A stretch of 64,000 bases of DNA from Candidatus Eiseniibacteriota bacterium (GTDB lineage Bacteria > Eisenbacteria > RBG-16-71-46), in the NCBI GenBank assembly GCA_044223005.1, contig JBGAML010000006.1, positions 32,001 through 96,000 on the forward strand. Reading direction: 5' to 3'. The translations under genes were made by a program, and so were the position numbers. A model generated the notes under the pieces. That model was not told the DNA's origin and did not search any database. It saw only the letters and a program-made list of their open reading frames with translations. Positions 36,947 to 46,605 of this stretch are shown piece by piece. Each line of letters starts with the position of its first letter. Within the stretch, counting starts at the first letter, position 1.

Positions 36947-39900
36947 TCAGCGCCCGCGCGATGACTTGTCGGGGAAGGCCGGCGGGACCGGTCGCACGAT
37001 GGGCTCGCGGGCGAGCTTGTCCTTCAGGTAGAGAATCGCGCGATCGAGCTGCGGGTCGGCACCGCGCATCAGCGCGGCGGGGTCGTCGGGGACGGTTTCG
37101 TCCGGCGTGACGCCGGTGCCCTCGATCACCCAGCCGTCACCGGGCACCCACTCGCCGTAGTTCGGGATGTACACGCTGCCTCCGTCCATCAGCGCGTAGC
37201 CGCCGCCGCTGCCGACTTCGCCGCCCCAGGTCCTGACGCCGTAGACCGGCCCGAGCTTCAGGCGCTGGAACGCGTCGCTGAACTCCTCGGCGTCCGAGCC
37301 GCTGCGCTCGTTGCAGAGCGCGGCCGCGTGGCCGGCGAACGCCCAGTCCTGCCGCGTCCACGACGCGCCGAAGCGCGGCTTGAACCACGAGTAGGGCTTG
37401 GAGCCGGCCTGCAGCAGCAGCATCGCGTCGATGTAGCCGCCGCCGTTGAAGCGGACGTCGTACACCATGGCGTCCTGGCCGAGCTGCGGGTAGTAGTGCT
37501 TGGCGAACGCCCGCAGTCCGCCATTGCCCATGTCCGGGATGTGCACGTAGCCGAAGTTGGGACCGCCGTGCGCGTGCACGTAGTCGACCCGGCCCTGCAC
37601 CCAGTCCTGGTAGCGCAGCGGCGCCTCCGTCGCGAGCGTCTTCACGCGGATGTCGCGCGCCCCGCCGTGCTCGGGCTTCGCGTTGATCGTGAGCTGCACC
37701 ACGTCGCCCGCGAGTCCGGAGAAGAGCGCGTAGAACTCCTGGTCCGCGCGCACCGGCTTGCCGCCCACCGCGAGGATGTAGTCGCCCACGTGCACGTTCA
37801 GGCCCGGCTCGAGCAGGGGCGAGGCGAGGTCGAGGTCGAAGCCGTCACTGCCGTAGAGCTTCGTGATCCGGTACGCGGGCACCGCGCCCGGCACGAACTC
37901 GACGTCGGCGCCCAGGTAGCCGAGCGGGACGCGCGTCACCTCGGGGTTGTCGCCGCCGACGATGTACGCGTGGCCGCAGTTGAGCTCCGCGACGATCTCG
38001 CCCTGCACGAAGCTCAGGTCGCTGCGGTCGGCGATCGCCGGGATCATCGCGTCGTACTTGCGGCGCACCGCGTCCCAGTCGGCGCCGTGCATCTTCGGGT
38101 CGTAGAAGAAGTCGCGCGCCAGCCGCCACGTCTCGTGCAGCATCTGCGTCCACTCGGCGGCGGGATCGATCGTCAGCTCCCACGCTCCGGTGTCGACCTT
38201 GCCCTTGTCGCCGAGCGACGCCGCGTCGGCGGCGATCACCTGGAACGCCTTGCCCTTGCGCACGAGGACCTTCTTGCGGTCGCCCGAGAGCTGGATCGAC
38301 GTGACGTGCTTCGCGACCGTCGTGACTTCCTGCTCGTCCAGGTCGAACGCCCGCAGTTCGCGCGCGTCGGCCGGGGCCTCGTCTTCACCCGGTTCGCCCT
38401 GCACGAGCAGCAGCAGCTTGCCGCCGGCGGGGTAGGCGTGCACGTAGCGGTCGGCCGGCACCGGCACGTCGAGGATGCGCGCCGGCAGCCCGGCGAGATC
38501 GATGCGCGTAGCGGCCTTGGCCGTGTCCGGCTTGGCGTCGGCCTTCGCGGTCTTGGCGGGCTTCTCGCCGCCGCCGCTGGCCGCGCCTTCTTCGTCGTTC
38601 TTTTCCAGGAACGGCGACTTGCCGTCGGCCGCGAGGATCGCCATCGAGACCTTGGTGTACTTGTCCACCGTCCAGAAGCGGTTGGCGTTGACGGCGCGCG
38701 GGTCGAACGCGCGGTCCGACAGCCAGACCAGGTACTTGCCCTCGGCGTCCCACTCGGGCGCGCCGCTGGTCATCTCGGGATCCGAGACGCGCGCCGCCTT
38801 CTTCGCGACCGTGTCGTAGATCCAGATGGTGTTGTTCCAGTTGGGTTCGGGGCGCTCGAACGCGAGCCAGCGGCCGTCGGGGCTGAAACGCTGGCCGTCG
38901 TACACGACGTCGTACGCGCCGCCGCGGTCGGCCTGGTCGACCACGGTGATGGCACCGCTCGCGGCATCCACGAGCAGCGTGCGCATGTCGTGGTCCGAGC
39001 TCGCGATCCACTTGCCGTCCGGCGACCACTGCAGCGCGTTGAGCGGCCCCACGTGGTCGCGCGTCAGCTGCTTCGGCTCGCCGCCCGCCGCGGGCGCGAT
39101 CCACACCTGCTCGTCGCCGCTCGCGTCGGAGACGAACGCGAGCCGCTTGCCGTCGGGCGACCACACCGGGTACTGGGCACGCGCGCCGGGCTGCGCCACC
39201 ACGGTGCGCACGTCGCCGTTCTCGGCCGGCGCACTCAGGATCTGGCCGCGCGCCGAGACGAGGAGCCGCTTGCCGGTGGGCCCGAACGACGTGCCCGCGA
39301 GCCAGCGCAGCGCCGGGACGCGCCGCGCGCGCGCGTGCAGCCGGTCGGAGTGCAGGTCGAAGCGCAGGTCGCGCACCTGGCCGGTCTGCGCGTCCCAGAG
39401 CGCGAGCCCGTCGCCGTGCTCGAACACCACGCGCTGACCGTCCGTGCCGGGGTAGCGCACGTCGTAGTCGGTGTAGTGCGTGAGCGCGGTGGCGGCGCCG
39501 GTCGCGGGGTCGAGCTTCCAGAGGTTCGCGTGGCCGTCGCGCTCGCTCACGAACGCGATCGCCTCGCCGACCCACAGGGGCTCCGTGTCGATGCCGGGAT
39601 CGTCGGTGAGTCGCTTGAACGTGTGCGCCTCCGTGTCGGCGAGCCAGACGTCATCGGCCTCGCCCGCGGTGTAGCGCTTCCAGTGCTGCCATTCGGCGCT
39701 CACCGGCACGTAGGCGAAGCGGTGCCCATCGCGGTTCGCGTCGAGGAACTCGCCGTAGGGAATCGGCAGCAGCCGCACGGGGCCGCCGGCGACCGGCACG
39801 GCCCAGAAGCGGCTGTGCCGCACGGGGTCGTTGCGGCGCGAGCGGAAGAAGATCTCCTTGCCGTCGGGGCTCCATCCCGTCGTGACGACGCCCGTCGGGT

Positions 39901-40222
39901 CCCACGTGAGGCGCTTCGGGATCCCGCCGGTCACGTCCATCACGTAGACGTCGGTGCCGCCGTCGTACTGGGCCGTGAACGCGATCCGGCGGCCGTCGGG
40001 CGAGAAGCACGGCGCGCTTTCGGTGCCGGCGTCGGACGTGAGCCGCATCGCGGTGCCGGTCGCGATCGAACCGAGCCAGAGATCGCCCTCACTCGTGAAC
40101 ACGACCTGGTCGCCGTGCACGTCGGGGCGGCGGAGGAACTGCGTGGACGCGACGGCCACGGAAGCGGTCGTCACGAGGCAGAGAGCCGCGAGCACGAGCA
40201 CGCGGCGGGGGAGCGCGAACAT
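36947..40222 (-). CDS. Tricorn protease homolog (S41 family, beta-propellers plus PDZ)
   Basis: Signal peptide from MFALPRR; WSPDG repeats; ELNCGHAY; DVRFNGGG; SGSDAE; GVRTWGG. Confidence 0.92.
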   Translation of the reverse strand: MFALPRRVLVLAALCLVTTASVAVASTQFLRRPDVHGDQVVFTSEGDLWLGSIATGTAMRLTSDAGTESAPCFSPDGRRIAFTAQYDGGTDVYVMDVTGGIPKRLTWDPTGVVTTGWSPDGKEIFFRSRRNDPVRHSRFWAVPVAGGPVRLLPIPYGEFLDANRDGHRFAYVPVSAEWQHWKRYTAGEADDVWLADTEAHTFKRLTDDPGIDTEPLWVGEAIAFVSERDGHANLWKLDPATGAATALTHYTDYDVRYPGTDGQRVVFEHGDGLALWDAQTGQVRDLRFDLHSDRLHARARRVPALRWLAGTSFGPTGKRLLVSARGQILSAPAENGDVRTVVAQPGARAQYPVWSPDGKRLAFVSDASGDEQVWIAPAAGGEPKQLTRDHVGPLNALQWSPDGKWIASSDHDMRTLLVDAASGAITVVDQADRGGAYDVVYDGQRFSPDGRWLAFERPEPNWNNTIWIYDTVAKKAARVSDPEMTSGAPEWDAEGKYLVWLSDRAFDPRAVNANRFWTVDKYTKVSMAILAADGKSPFLEKNDEEGAASGGGEKPAKTAKADAKPDTAKAATRIDLAGLPARILDVPVPADRYVHAYPAGGKLLLLVQGEPGEDEAPADARELRAFDLDEQEVTTVAKHVTSIQLSGDRKKVLVRKGKAFQVIAADAASLGDKGKVDTGAWELTIDPAAEWTQMLHETWRLARDFFYDPKMHGADWDAVRRKYDAMIPAIADRSDLSFVQGEIVAELNCGHAYIVGGDNPEVTRVPLGYLGADVEFVPGAVPAYRITKLYGSDGFDLDLASPLLEPGLNVHVGDYILAVGGKPVRADQEFYALFSGLAGDVVQLTINAKPEHGGARDIRVKTLATEAPLRYQDWVQGRVDYVHAHGGPNFGYVHIPDMGNGGLRAFAKHYYPQLGQDAMVYDVRFNGGGYIDAMLLLQAGSKPYSWFKPRFGASWTRQDWAFAGHAAALCNERSGSDAEEFSDAFQRLKLGPVYGVRTWGGEVGSGGGYALMDGGSVYIPNYGEWVPGDGWVIEGTGVTPDETVPDDPAALMRGADPQLDRAILYLKDKLAREPIVRPVPPAFPDKSSRGR

Positions 40223-40236
40223 GGAGAGTCTCCGGG

Positions 40237-41229
40237 TCACCAGCGCATGACGCATCCGGCCCAGGCGAAGCCCGCGCCGAACGCGGCCAGCACCACGAGG
40301 TCGCCCTCGTGGAACCGGCCCGCCGCACGCGCCTCGGTCAGGGCGATCGGGATGCTCGCGGCGGTCGTGTTTCCATAACGTTCGATGTTCTGGAACACCT
40401 TCTCGGGGCCGACGCCGAGCCGCTCGGCGACCGCGTCGCCGATCCGCCGGTTGGCCTGGTGCGGCACGATCAGCTTCACGTCGTCGAGCGTGTGGCCCGC
40501 GGCGGCGAGCACTTCGTGGATCACCTCGGGAAAACGCGTGGTCGCGTTCTTGAACACCTGCCGGCCGTTCATCGCCGGCCGGTGCCGGTTCGCCGCGAGC
40601 ATTTCGGGCGTGACGCGTCCCGGCACGCGCGACGACGGCGCCTCGCACCACAGGTCGCGCGCGAACGCGCCCTCGCTGTGCAGCGCCCACGACAGGATCC
40701 CGCGGCCCTCTTCGCAGGGCTCGACGACCGCCGCGCCGGCGCCGTCGCCGAACAGAACGGCCATGTCGCGGCCCGCGGTGCTGAGGTCCAACCCCGTGCT
40801 CTGCACCTCGGCGCCGATCACCAGCACGCACTTGTACTGGCCCATGCGCACGAACGCGTCGGCGACCGAGAGCGCGTACACGAATCCGCTGCAGGCGTTG
40901 CGCACGTCGAGCGCGCCCACCGTGTCCATGCCCAGCGCCTGCTGCACCAGCACGCCGTTGCCCGGGAACATCCAGTCCGAGGTCGTGGTCGCGAACACGA
41001 TGAAGTCCACGTCCTTCGGGCTGCGCCCCGCGTCGGCCAGCGCCTTCTTCGCCGCTTCGATCCCGAGTTCGGAGGAGCCCACGTCGCCCTCGACGAAGTG
41101 CCGCTCGCGGATGCCGGTGCGCTCGACGATCCATGCGTCGCTCGTTTCCATGAGCGATTCGAGATCGTGGTTCGTGACGGTGCGCGGCGGGACGTGGAAT
41201 CCGATACCGGTGATGCGGGAACGGGTCAT
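40237..41229 (-). CDS. fabH: 3-oxoacyl-ACP synthase III
   Basis: WIVERTGI, NACSGF, LFGDGAGA, VPHQAN, YGNTTAAS. Confidence 0.93.
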   Translation of the reverse strand: MTRSRITGIGFHVPPRTVTNHDLESLMETSDAWIVERTGIRERHFVEGDVGSSELGIEAAKKALADAGRSPKDVDFIVFATTTSDWMFPGNGVLVQQALGMDTVGALDVRNACSGFVYALSVADAFVRMGQYKCVLVIGAEVQSTGLDLSTAGRDMAVLFGDGAGAAVVEPCEEGRGILSWALHSEGAFARDLWCEAPSSRVPGRVTPEMLAANRHRPAMNGRQVFKNATTRFPEVIHEVLAAAGHTLDDVKLIVPHQANRRIGDAVAERLGVGPEKVFQNIERYGNTTAASIPIALTEARAAGRFHEGDLVVLAAFGAGFAWAGCVMRW

Positions 41230-41372
41230 GAGGTCGGCCTCGCGGTTGGGAAGCGGGCAGTCTGGCCGCAGCACCGCCCGCGGTCAACGCGCGGGATCGA
41301 GCGGGCGACGAGCGCGGCCGGAGCGGGGCCGGCCGCGCGGGCCGGGCGCGGGCCCGTGGGCCCGGGGCCCCG

Positions 41373-42146
41373 TCAGTGATGCAGCAGGCGCAGGTAGGCG
41401 GCGACCCAGCCGTCGCCCCAGAGCCACACGATCATCGCGGCGGGGGCGAGGAAGACGCCGAACGGCAGCGCGGTCTTCATGCCGCCGCGGCCGCGCGCCA
41501 TCAGGATCGCGCCCACGATGCTGCCGGCGAACGCGGCGAGGAAGATGGTCGCGAGCGCGAGCACCGGCCCCAGCAGCGCCCCGAACATGGCGGCGAGCTT
41601 CACGTCGCCGAAGCCCATGCCCTCGATCTTGCGCACGCGCAGGTAGACCTCGGCGACGAGCCAGAGCAATCCCGCGCCGACCAGCATGCCGAGCATGGCG
41701 TGGCGCACGCCGGGGCCGAGCAGGGCCGCAACGATCGCCAGCACGACGCCGGGGAACGTGAGCACGTCCGGCAGCAGCTGGACGTCGAGGTCGATCCAAA
41801 CCAGCGCCACGAGCAGGAAACCCCAGAGCGCGACGAACGGGTACGCCGGATCGATCCCCATGTGCCGCCACGCGAGGAACGCCCACGCGCCGCACCAGAG
41901 CTCGGTGAACGGGTAGCGCGGGCTCACGTGCACGCCGCAATGGCGGCAGCGGCCGCGCGAAAGCACCCAGGTGAGCACGGGGAAGAGGTCCAGCACGCCG
42001 AGCACGTGGCCGCAGGAGGGGCACTTGGAGCGCCCGTGCACCCACGACTCGCCCCGGGGCACGCGCCACGCCAGCGCCGTGACGGCGCTGCCCATGATGA
42101 GCCCGAGGAGCGTGACGCAGATGCCGATGTAAACCTCGAGCGTCAT
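41373..42146 (-). CDS. pilD: Prepilin peptidase / N-methyltransferase
   Basis: SKCPSC...GRCRHC Zn motif, WIDL, GMGFGDVKL, PFGVFL. Confidence 0.93.
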   Translation of the reverse strand: MTLEVYIGICVTLLGLIMGSAVTALAWRVPRGESWVHGRSKCPSCGHVLGVLDLFPVLTWVLSRGRCRHCGVHVSPRYPFTELWCGAWAFLAWRHMGIDPAYPFVALWGFLLVALVWIDLDVQLLPDVLTFPGVVLAIVAALLGPGVRHAMLGMLVGAGLLWLVAEVYLRVRKIEGMGFGDVKLAAMFGALLGPVLALATIFLAAFAGSIVGAILMARGRGGMKTALPFGVFLAPAAMIVWLWGDGWVAAYLRLLHH

Positions 42147-42254
42147 GCCCGGTCACCCGCCCGCATCCGGGCGTGGCATCGCGCCGCCCGCTCTGGCAGA
42201 ATCGGCAACGTCGAGCCGCGATCGCACCGGACCCATCCACTCGCACCGGAAGCC

Positions 42255-42575
42255 ATGCGCATCCTCGTCTTCCTCGCACTCGTCGCCAACAGCTTCGATC
42301 TCTTCGCGACCTCGGTGGGCATCCACTGGTTCGGCAATCGCGAAGGCAATCCGTTGCTCGCCCACCTGGCTCGCGAGCACTGGCTCGGGTTCGTCGCCCT
42401 GAAGGGCATCCTGGTGCCCCTGCTCATCTGGCGACTCTACCGTTATCGGCAGCAGACCCCCCATCTCACCACTGCGGGTCTCGGGCTCGTCACGGTGGCC
42501 CTCACGGTCGCGGTGGGCGAGTGGCTGGGCTGGATCGCCGCCGTGATGCACCTGCGCGGCGTCTCGGGCTTCTGA
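42255..42575 (+). CDS. DUF5658-like small membrane protein
   Basis: From MRILVFL: D..AT...EGNPL...ALKG pattern, three TMs. Confidence 0.6.
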   Translation: MRILVFLALVANSFDLFATSVGIHWFGNREGNPLLAHLAREHWLGFVALKGILVPLLIWRLYRYRQQTPHLTTAGLGLVTVALTVAVGEWLGWIAAVMHLRGVSGF

Positions 42576-42639
42576 GGCGGCTGGGGCGCGCTGCCGGCGT
42601 CCCGGAAATCGACGGCCCGGGCGGTTCGCGAACCGCCCA

Positions 42640-43917
42640 TCACTCCGGCATGATGTGCGGCGTGACCTCGATCACGAGATCGGTCTTCTTGGCCGTGGTG
42701 CTCGTGTGGCGGAAGAGCATGCCCAGCCCCGGGATGTCGCCGAGGATCGGCACGCGCGTCTCGTCCTTGGTCTGCTCCTCGTTGAGCAGGCCGCCGATGA
42801 TCACCGACGTCGAGTCGCGCAGCCGGACCGTGGTCGACGCCTGCCGCGTCGAGATGACCGGCAGGTCCTGGTTGGCGCCGTTGTAGCCGGCCACCGAGCT
42901 GACCTCGGGCCGGATCGTCGTGGTGATGTACCCGTCGGCGTTGATGAGCGGGGTGATCGCGAGCTTCACGCCGACTTCTTCCTTCTGGATCGTCTGCGTC
43001 GGCGCCGCGGCGCCGCCCGCGAAGACCGTCTGGCTGACGACGAACGGGATGCGCTGGCCGACCAGCATGGTCGCTTCCTTGCCGTTCAGCGTGGCGATCT
43101 TGGGATTCGCGAGCACGCGCGCGCTGCCGTTGTGGATCATCAGGTCCAGGAACGCGCGGAACACCTTGGGCGCGCGCGTGAAGTTCTGGAGCTTCCAGAT
43201 GTCCAGCGTCCCGGGCGTGTTGGGCACGGTGTTGGCGTCGGTGATCTTGCTGAGGTTCTCGATGTCGTCGGCCGAGAGCGTGTTGTACGTGCCCTCGACG
43301 AACACGAAGCCCTGCGAGTTCAGCTTGTCCCAGTCCACGCCGAGCTTCTTGGCGTCGTTGGTCGAGACTTCGACGATGCGCGCCTCGAGCATGACCTGGC
43401 GCGCGGGCTTGTCGAGCTGTTCCACGATCTCCTGGATCTCGGCGATGATCCGCGGGCTCGTGACCACGATGAGCCGGTTGCCGCTGCGGTCCACGTCGAT
43501 CTGGTCCGTGAGGTGCGAGAGCGCCGTCTTGACCTCGTTCGCGTCCGCGAAGCGCAGCGGCACCACGTACGAGGAGAGTCCGGTCTCCGCCTTCAGCGAC
43601 TGGGCATCCGCGACCAGGATCGAACTGCCGATGCGCTCGTAGGCCAGCCCGGCGCCACGCACGACGAGGTTCACGGCCTGCTCGACGGGCACGTCCTTGA
43701 TGTGAATCGTCAGCTTGCCGGCCGCGACGCCGGGGCCGGTGATGATGTTGAGGCCACCCTTCTCCGCGAGGATCTTGAGCACCGCCGGAAGGCTGGTCTC
43801 GTCCGCGTCGAGGCTCACCAGCCGCCCGCCCGCGAGCGAATCGGCGGGGATCGGGCGCGGGGCCACGCCGAGCATCGCCACGGCGGCGGCGATCAGCGTC
43901 AGTCGCTTGAGGTTCAC
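42640..43917 (-). CDS. pilQ: Secretin (PilQ/GspD family), short form without AMIN domains
   Basis: QVMLEARIVE, LANPKIATLNG, GVKLAITP, VPILGDIPGLGMLFR. Confidence 0.9.
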   Translation of the reverse strand: MNLKRLTLIAAAVAMLGVAPRPIPADSLAGGRLVSLDADETSLPAVLKILAEKGGLNIITGPGVAAGKLTIHIKDVPVEQAVNLVVRGAGLAYERIGSSILVADAQSLKAETGLSSYVVPLRFADANEVKTALSHLTDQIDVDRSGNRLIVVTSPRIIAEIQEIVEQLDKPARQVMLEARIVEVSTNDAKKLGVDWDKLNSQGFVFVEGTYNTLSADDIENLSKITDANTVPNTPGTLDIWKLQNFTRAPKVFRAFLDLMIHNGSARVLANPKIATLNGKEATMLVGQRIPFVVSQTVFAGGAAAPTQTIQKEEVGVKLAITPLINADGYITTTIRPEVSSVAGYNGANQDLPVISTRQASTTVRLRDSTSVIIGGLLNEEQTKDETRVPILGDIPGLGMLFRHTSTTAKKTDLVIEVTPHIMPE

Positions 43918-43920
43918 GCG

Positions 43921-44412
43921 TCAGTCTCCTTGCGGCTTGAGTTGAAGGACGAACGTCTCGGATCCGCGCGACAGGGTCACCTGCGTGCGCGTGATGCTCA
44001 CCACCTGGAACTCGTCGAAGAGCCCGCCCGAGCGCACCGTCCAGTCACGCCCGTTCCAGCGCACCAGTGCGCGCGGATCGGCGTCCCAGACGATCGCCGT
44101 CAGCACCGGCCGCTCGGGCGGCGGCGGCACGACGGGCTTGCGGACCACCGGCTTCGAATCGGTCGGGACCGGCGCGGGGGCGGAGCCGAGCGAGAACGGG
44201 TCGCGCGTGCCGCCACCGGCCGGAGCCGCATCGGTGCGCGCGAGCGCGGCCTCGACGGGCGCCACGGGGTCGTCGGCCGCCTGCCGCAGCGCCACGGCGC
44301 CGCGCCCCCAGACGCCGCTCGCGCGCAGCGCGCCGGCCGTCTGCAGGCCGATGAACCCGAAGATCGCGAGCGCCAGCAGCACCTTGAGCACGCCGCCGAT
44401 GTCGCGGTTCAC
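43921..44412 (-). CDS. PilP/GspC-like assembly protein
   Basis: N-terminal TM, RDPF motif, Pro-rich linker, LTAIVW beta domain; position in pilMNOPQ order. Confidence 0.65.
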   Translation of the reverse strand: MNRDIGGVLKVLLALAIFGFIGLQTAGALRASGVWGRGAVALRQAADDPVAPVEAALARTDAAPAGGGTRDPFSLGSAPAPVPTDSKPVVRKPVVPPPPERPVLTAIVWDADPRALVRWNGRDWTVRSGGLFDEFQVVSITRTQVTLSRGSETFVLQLKPQGD

Positions 44413-44975
44413 TTCGCACCTCCCGAGCGCTTGACGACGCAGCCCGCGATCCAGAGCTCGATGTCCTCGGCGCCCGCCTCGGACGGCTGGATCGAGAAAC
44501 GCTCGATCGCGTAGAGCTTGCCGCTGCGCGTCAGCTCGTCGAGCATGGACACCAGTTCGTCGTAGTGGCCGCGCAGGCGCAGGTGCGCGCGCAGCTCGAG
44601 CGTGCCGTTCTGCTGCGTGAGCAGGCCCGGCTCGGCGACCACGGTTTCGAGGCCGTGGCGGCTCGCGAGGCTCGACAGGTTCTGCAGCATGGCCGCCGTG
44701 AGCTCGCCGGACTGGCCGCGCATCGTCGCCTCGGAGGCCGGCAGCGAATTGTCGGCGATCAGGCGGAAGAGCCGCGGCGAGAGCGGCATCTGCGCCGCCG
44801 GGTGCTGCGGGTCGACCATCAGGCCCAGCGAGGCCGCGGTCTGCAGCGAGTGCTTGTAGCGCTCGGCGAGCGGCGTGAAGCCGATGCCGTGCACGGCGGC
44901 GAAGATCGCCGCGGTGGCGATCGCCGCGAACATCGGCAGCTGGCGCCGCAGGCGGGTCGAGGTGAGCGCGTTCAT
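44409..44975 (-). CDS. PilO/GspM-like protein
   Basis: TM plus LRLRGHYDELVSMLDEL ferredoxin-like motif; synteny. Confidence 0.7.
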   Translation of the reverse strand: MNALTSTRLRRQLPMFAAIATAAIFAAVHGIGFTPLAERYKHSLQTAASLGLMVDPQHPAAQMPLSPRLFRLIADNSLPASEATMRGQSGELTAAMLQNLSSLASRHGLETVVAEPGLLTQQNGTLELRAHLRLRGHYDELVSMLDELTRSGKLYAIERFSIQPSEAGAEDIELWIAGCVVKRSGGAK

Positions 44976-45544
44976 CGGCGGCACTCGATCGTGAACTCGG
45001 CCGCGGTGCCGTCGCTGCTGGCGCGCGTGCTGACGAGCCGGATGTTCGGGTAGCTCGCGTGGAACACGCTGTCCCGCGAGAGCGAGTTCACGATGTTCAT
45101 CACCTGCGGCACGCGGTCCTGCCCGACGCCGCCGCGCAGTTCGCCCGCGATCACCAGCCGCACGTCGCTCGAGCCGCTCACGTTCTCGGGATTGAACAGC
45201 AGCTGGCGCACGCGCGCGTTGGGCGGCAGCACCTGCGGCAGCCGCGCGAGGCGGTCGCGCCAGGTGCGCAGGTCCTCGAGGTGGCGCTCGATCTCGGTGG
45301 CTTCGGTGCGGCCCGGCCGCCACGCGTCGCCCGCCGGGTGTTCGCGCAGGCGCTGGACCTGGCGCTCCACCACGCGCACGCGGCGCGCGAGCGAGGCGAA
45401 GTTGAGCCCGTAGAGCCCCAGCACCACCGCGAGCGCGCCGAAGTAGAGCACCCAGAGCCCGAGCGAGAAGGCGCGCCGGCGCGTCTTCTGCTGCTCGCGC
45501 AGGTACGCCTCACGGCGGAAGTTGATCGAGAAGACCGTGCTCAC
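44972..45544 (-). CDS. PilN-like protein
   Basis: N-terminal INF motif, TM, coiled coil; directly follows pilM. Confidence 0.75.
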   Translation of the reverse strand: MSTVFSINFRREAYLREQQKTRRRAFSLGLWVLYFGALAVVLGLYGLNFASLARRVRVVERQVQRLREHPAGDAWRPGRTEATEIERHLEDLRTWRDRLARLPQVLPPNARVRQLLFNPENVSGSSDVRLVIAGELRGGVGQDRVPQVMNIVNSLSRDSVFHASYPNIRLVSTRASSDGTAAEFTIECRR

Positions 45545-46590
45545 GCGGACCTCAGCGCCAGGCCGTAGGCCTGCGCGAACTGCGGCCCGCCCGGGGGCGC
45601 GGTGGTCCGGAACTCGGACCCGAGCGCGTCGAGCGGATCGAACACGAACGTGGGCACGTCGAGCAGCTCGGAGAGCTGGCCCGAGATGCCCGGCAGGCGC
45701 GCCGTGCTGCCGGCGATCCAGAGCGAGAAGGGATCCGGCAGCGGGGCGAGCGTGCGGTAGAAGGCGAACGAGCGGCGCAGCTCGTCGGCGAGCTGGCGCA
45801 GCGAGGCTGCGACGCCCTGCATCTCGGGCGAATCCGGCTTCACGCGCAGGGTCGGGTCGTCGTCACCGGCCTCGAGCTTCCATTCCTCGGCCTCCTCGAA
45901 CGGCACCCGCGTCGCCTGCGCGATCGCCTGCGTGACGCGCACGCCGCCGAAATCGAGCCGGCGCGAGAAGTAGGGCGCGCCGCGCTGGAAGAGCGTGAGC
46001 CACGAGCCCGAGTGCCCGATGTCGAGCAGCACGCGCGCCTCGGTGTCGCGTGCCGTGCCCTTGCTGAGCGCGTTGGTCAGCGCGAGCGGCGCGGCGTCCA
46101 CGATGTCCGGTTCGATCCCGAGCTGGCGAAGCGGCGCCAGCGCGCGCTCGAGCCGCGGCTGCGGCACCGCCGCGAGCAGCACCTCGAGGCGCTTGTCCGA
46201 CGCGAACCGGCCCAGCACCTGGTAGTCGATCACGCAGCTCGCCGGGTCGAACGGCAGGTGCTTGCGCGCCTCGAATCGGAGCGCCCCCGGGACTTCGTCG
46301 TCGTCCATCATGGGGAGCTGCACCTGCTTCACGATCACGTCCCCGCTGGCCAGGCCGAGCGTGAACCCGGCGAAGGAGCGGTTGGTGAGGCCGGCCAGCC
46401 GGAAGCACTCCGAGATGGCCTTCGCGAGCGCGTCCGGGGGCAGCGCCGCGTCGCCCTCGGCGCGCGGGAGCGCGACTTCGGAGACGAAATGGCGCGAGCC
46501 GCCCACGCCCGGCTGGAGGGCGAGCAGCTTGATGCTGTACTCACCGACGTCGAGACCCGCCCACGGGCGGGCACGGAGGCCCACGTTCAT
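45541..46590 (-). CDS. pilM: Type IV pilus assembly protein PilM
   Basis: GLDVGEYSIK, FEARKHLPF, LLDIG, ELRRSFAFY, AYGLALR. Confidence 0.9.
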   Translation of the reverse strand: MNVGLRARPWAGLDVGEYSIKLLALQPGVGGSRHFVSEVALPRAEGDAALPPDALAKAISECFRLAGLTNRSFAGFTLGLASGDVIVKQVQLPMMDDDEVPGALRFEARKHLPFDPASCVIDYQVLGRFASDKRLEVLLAAVPQPRLERALAPLRQLGIEPDIVDAAPLALTNALSKGTARDTEARVLLDIGHSGSWLTLFQRGAPYFSRRLDFGGVRVTQAIAQATRVPFEEAEEWKLEAGDDDPTLRVKPDSPEMQGVAASLRQLADELRRSFAFYRTLAPLPDPFSLWIAGSTARLPGISGQLSELLDVPTFVFDPLDALGSEFRTTAPPGGPQFAQAYGLALRSA

Positions 46591-46605
46591 CCGCGGGAAC
46601 CTACT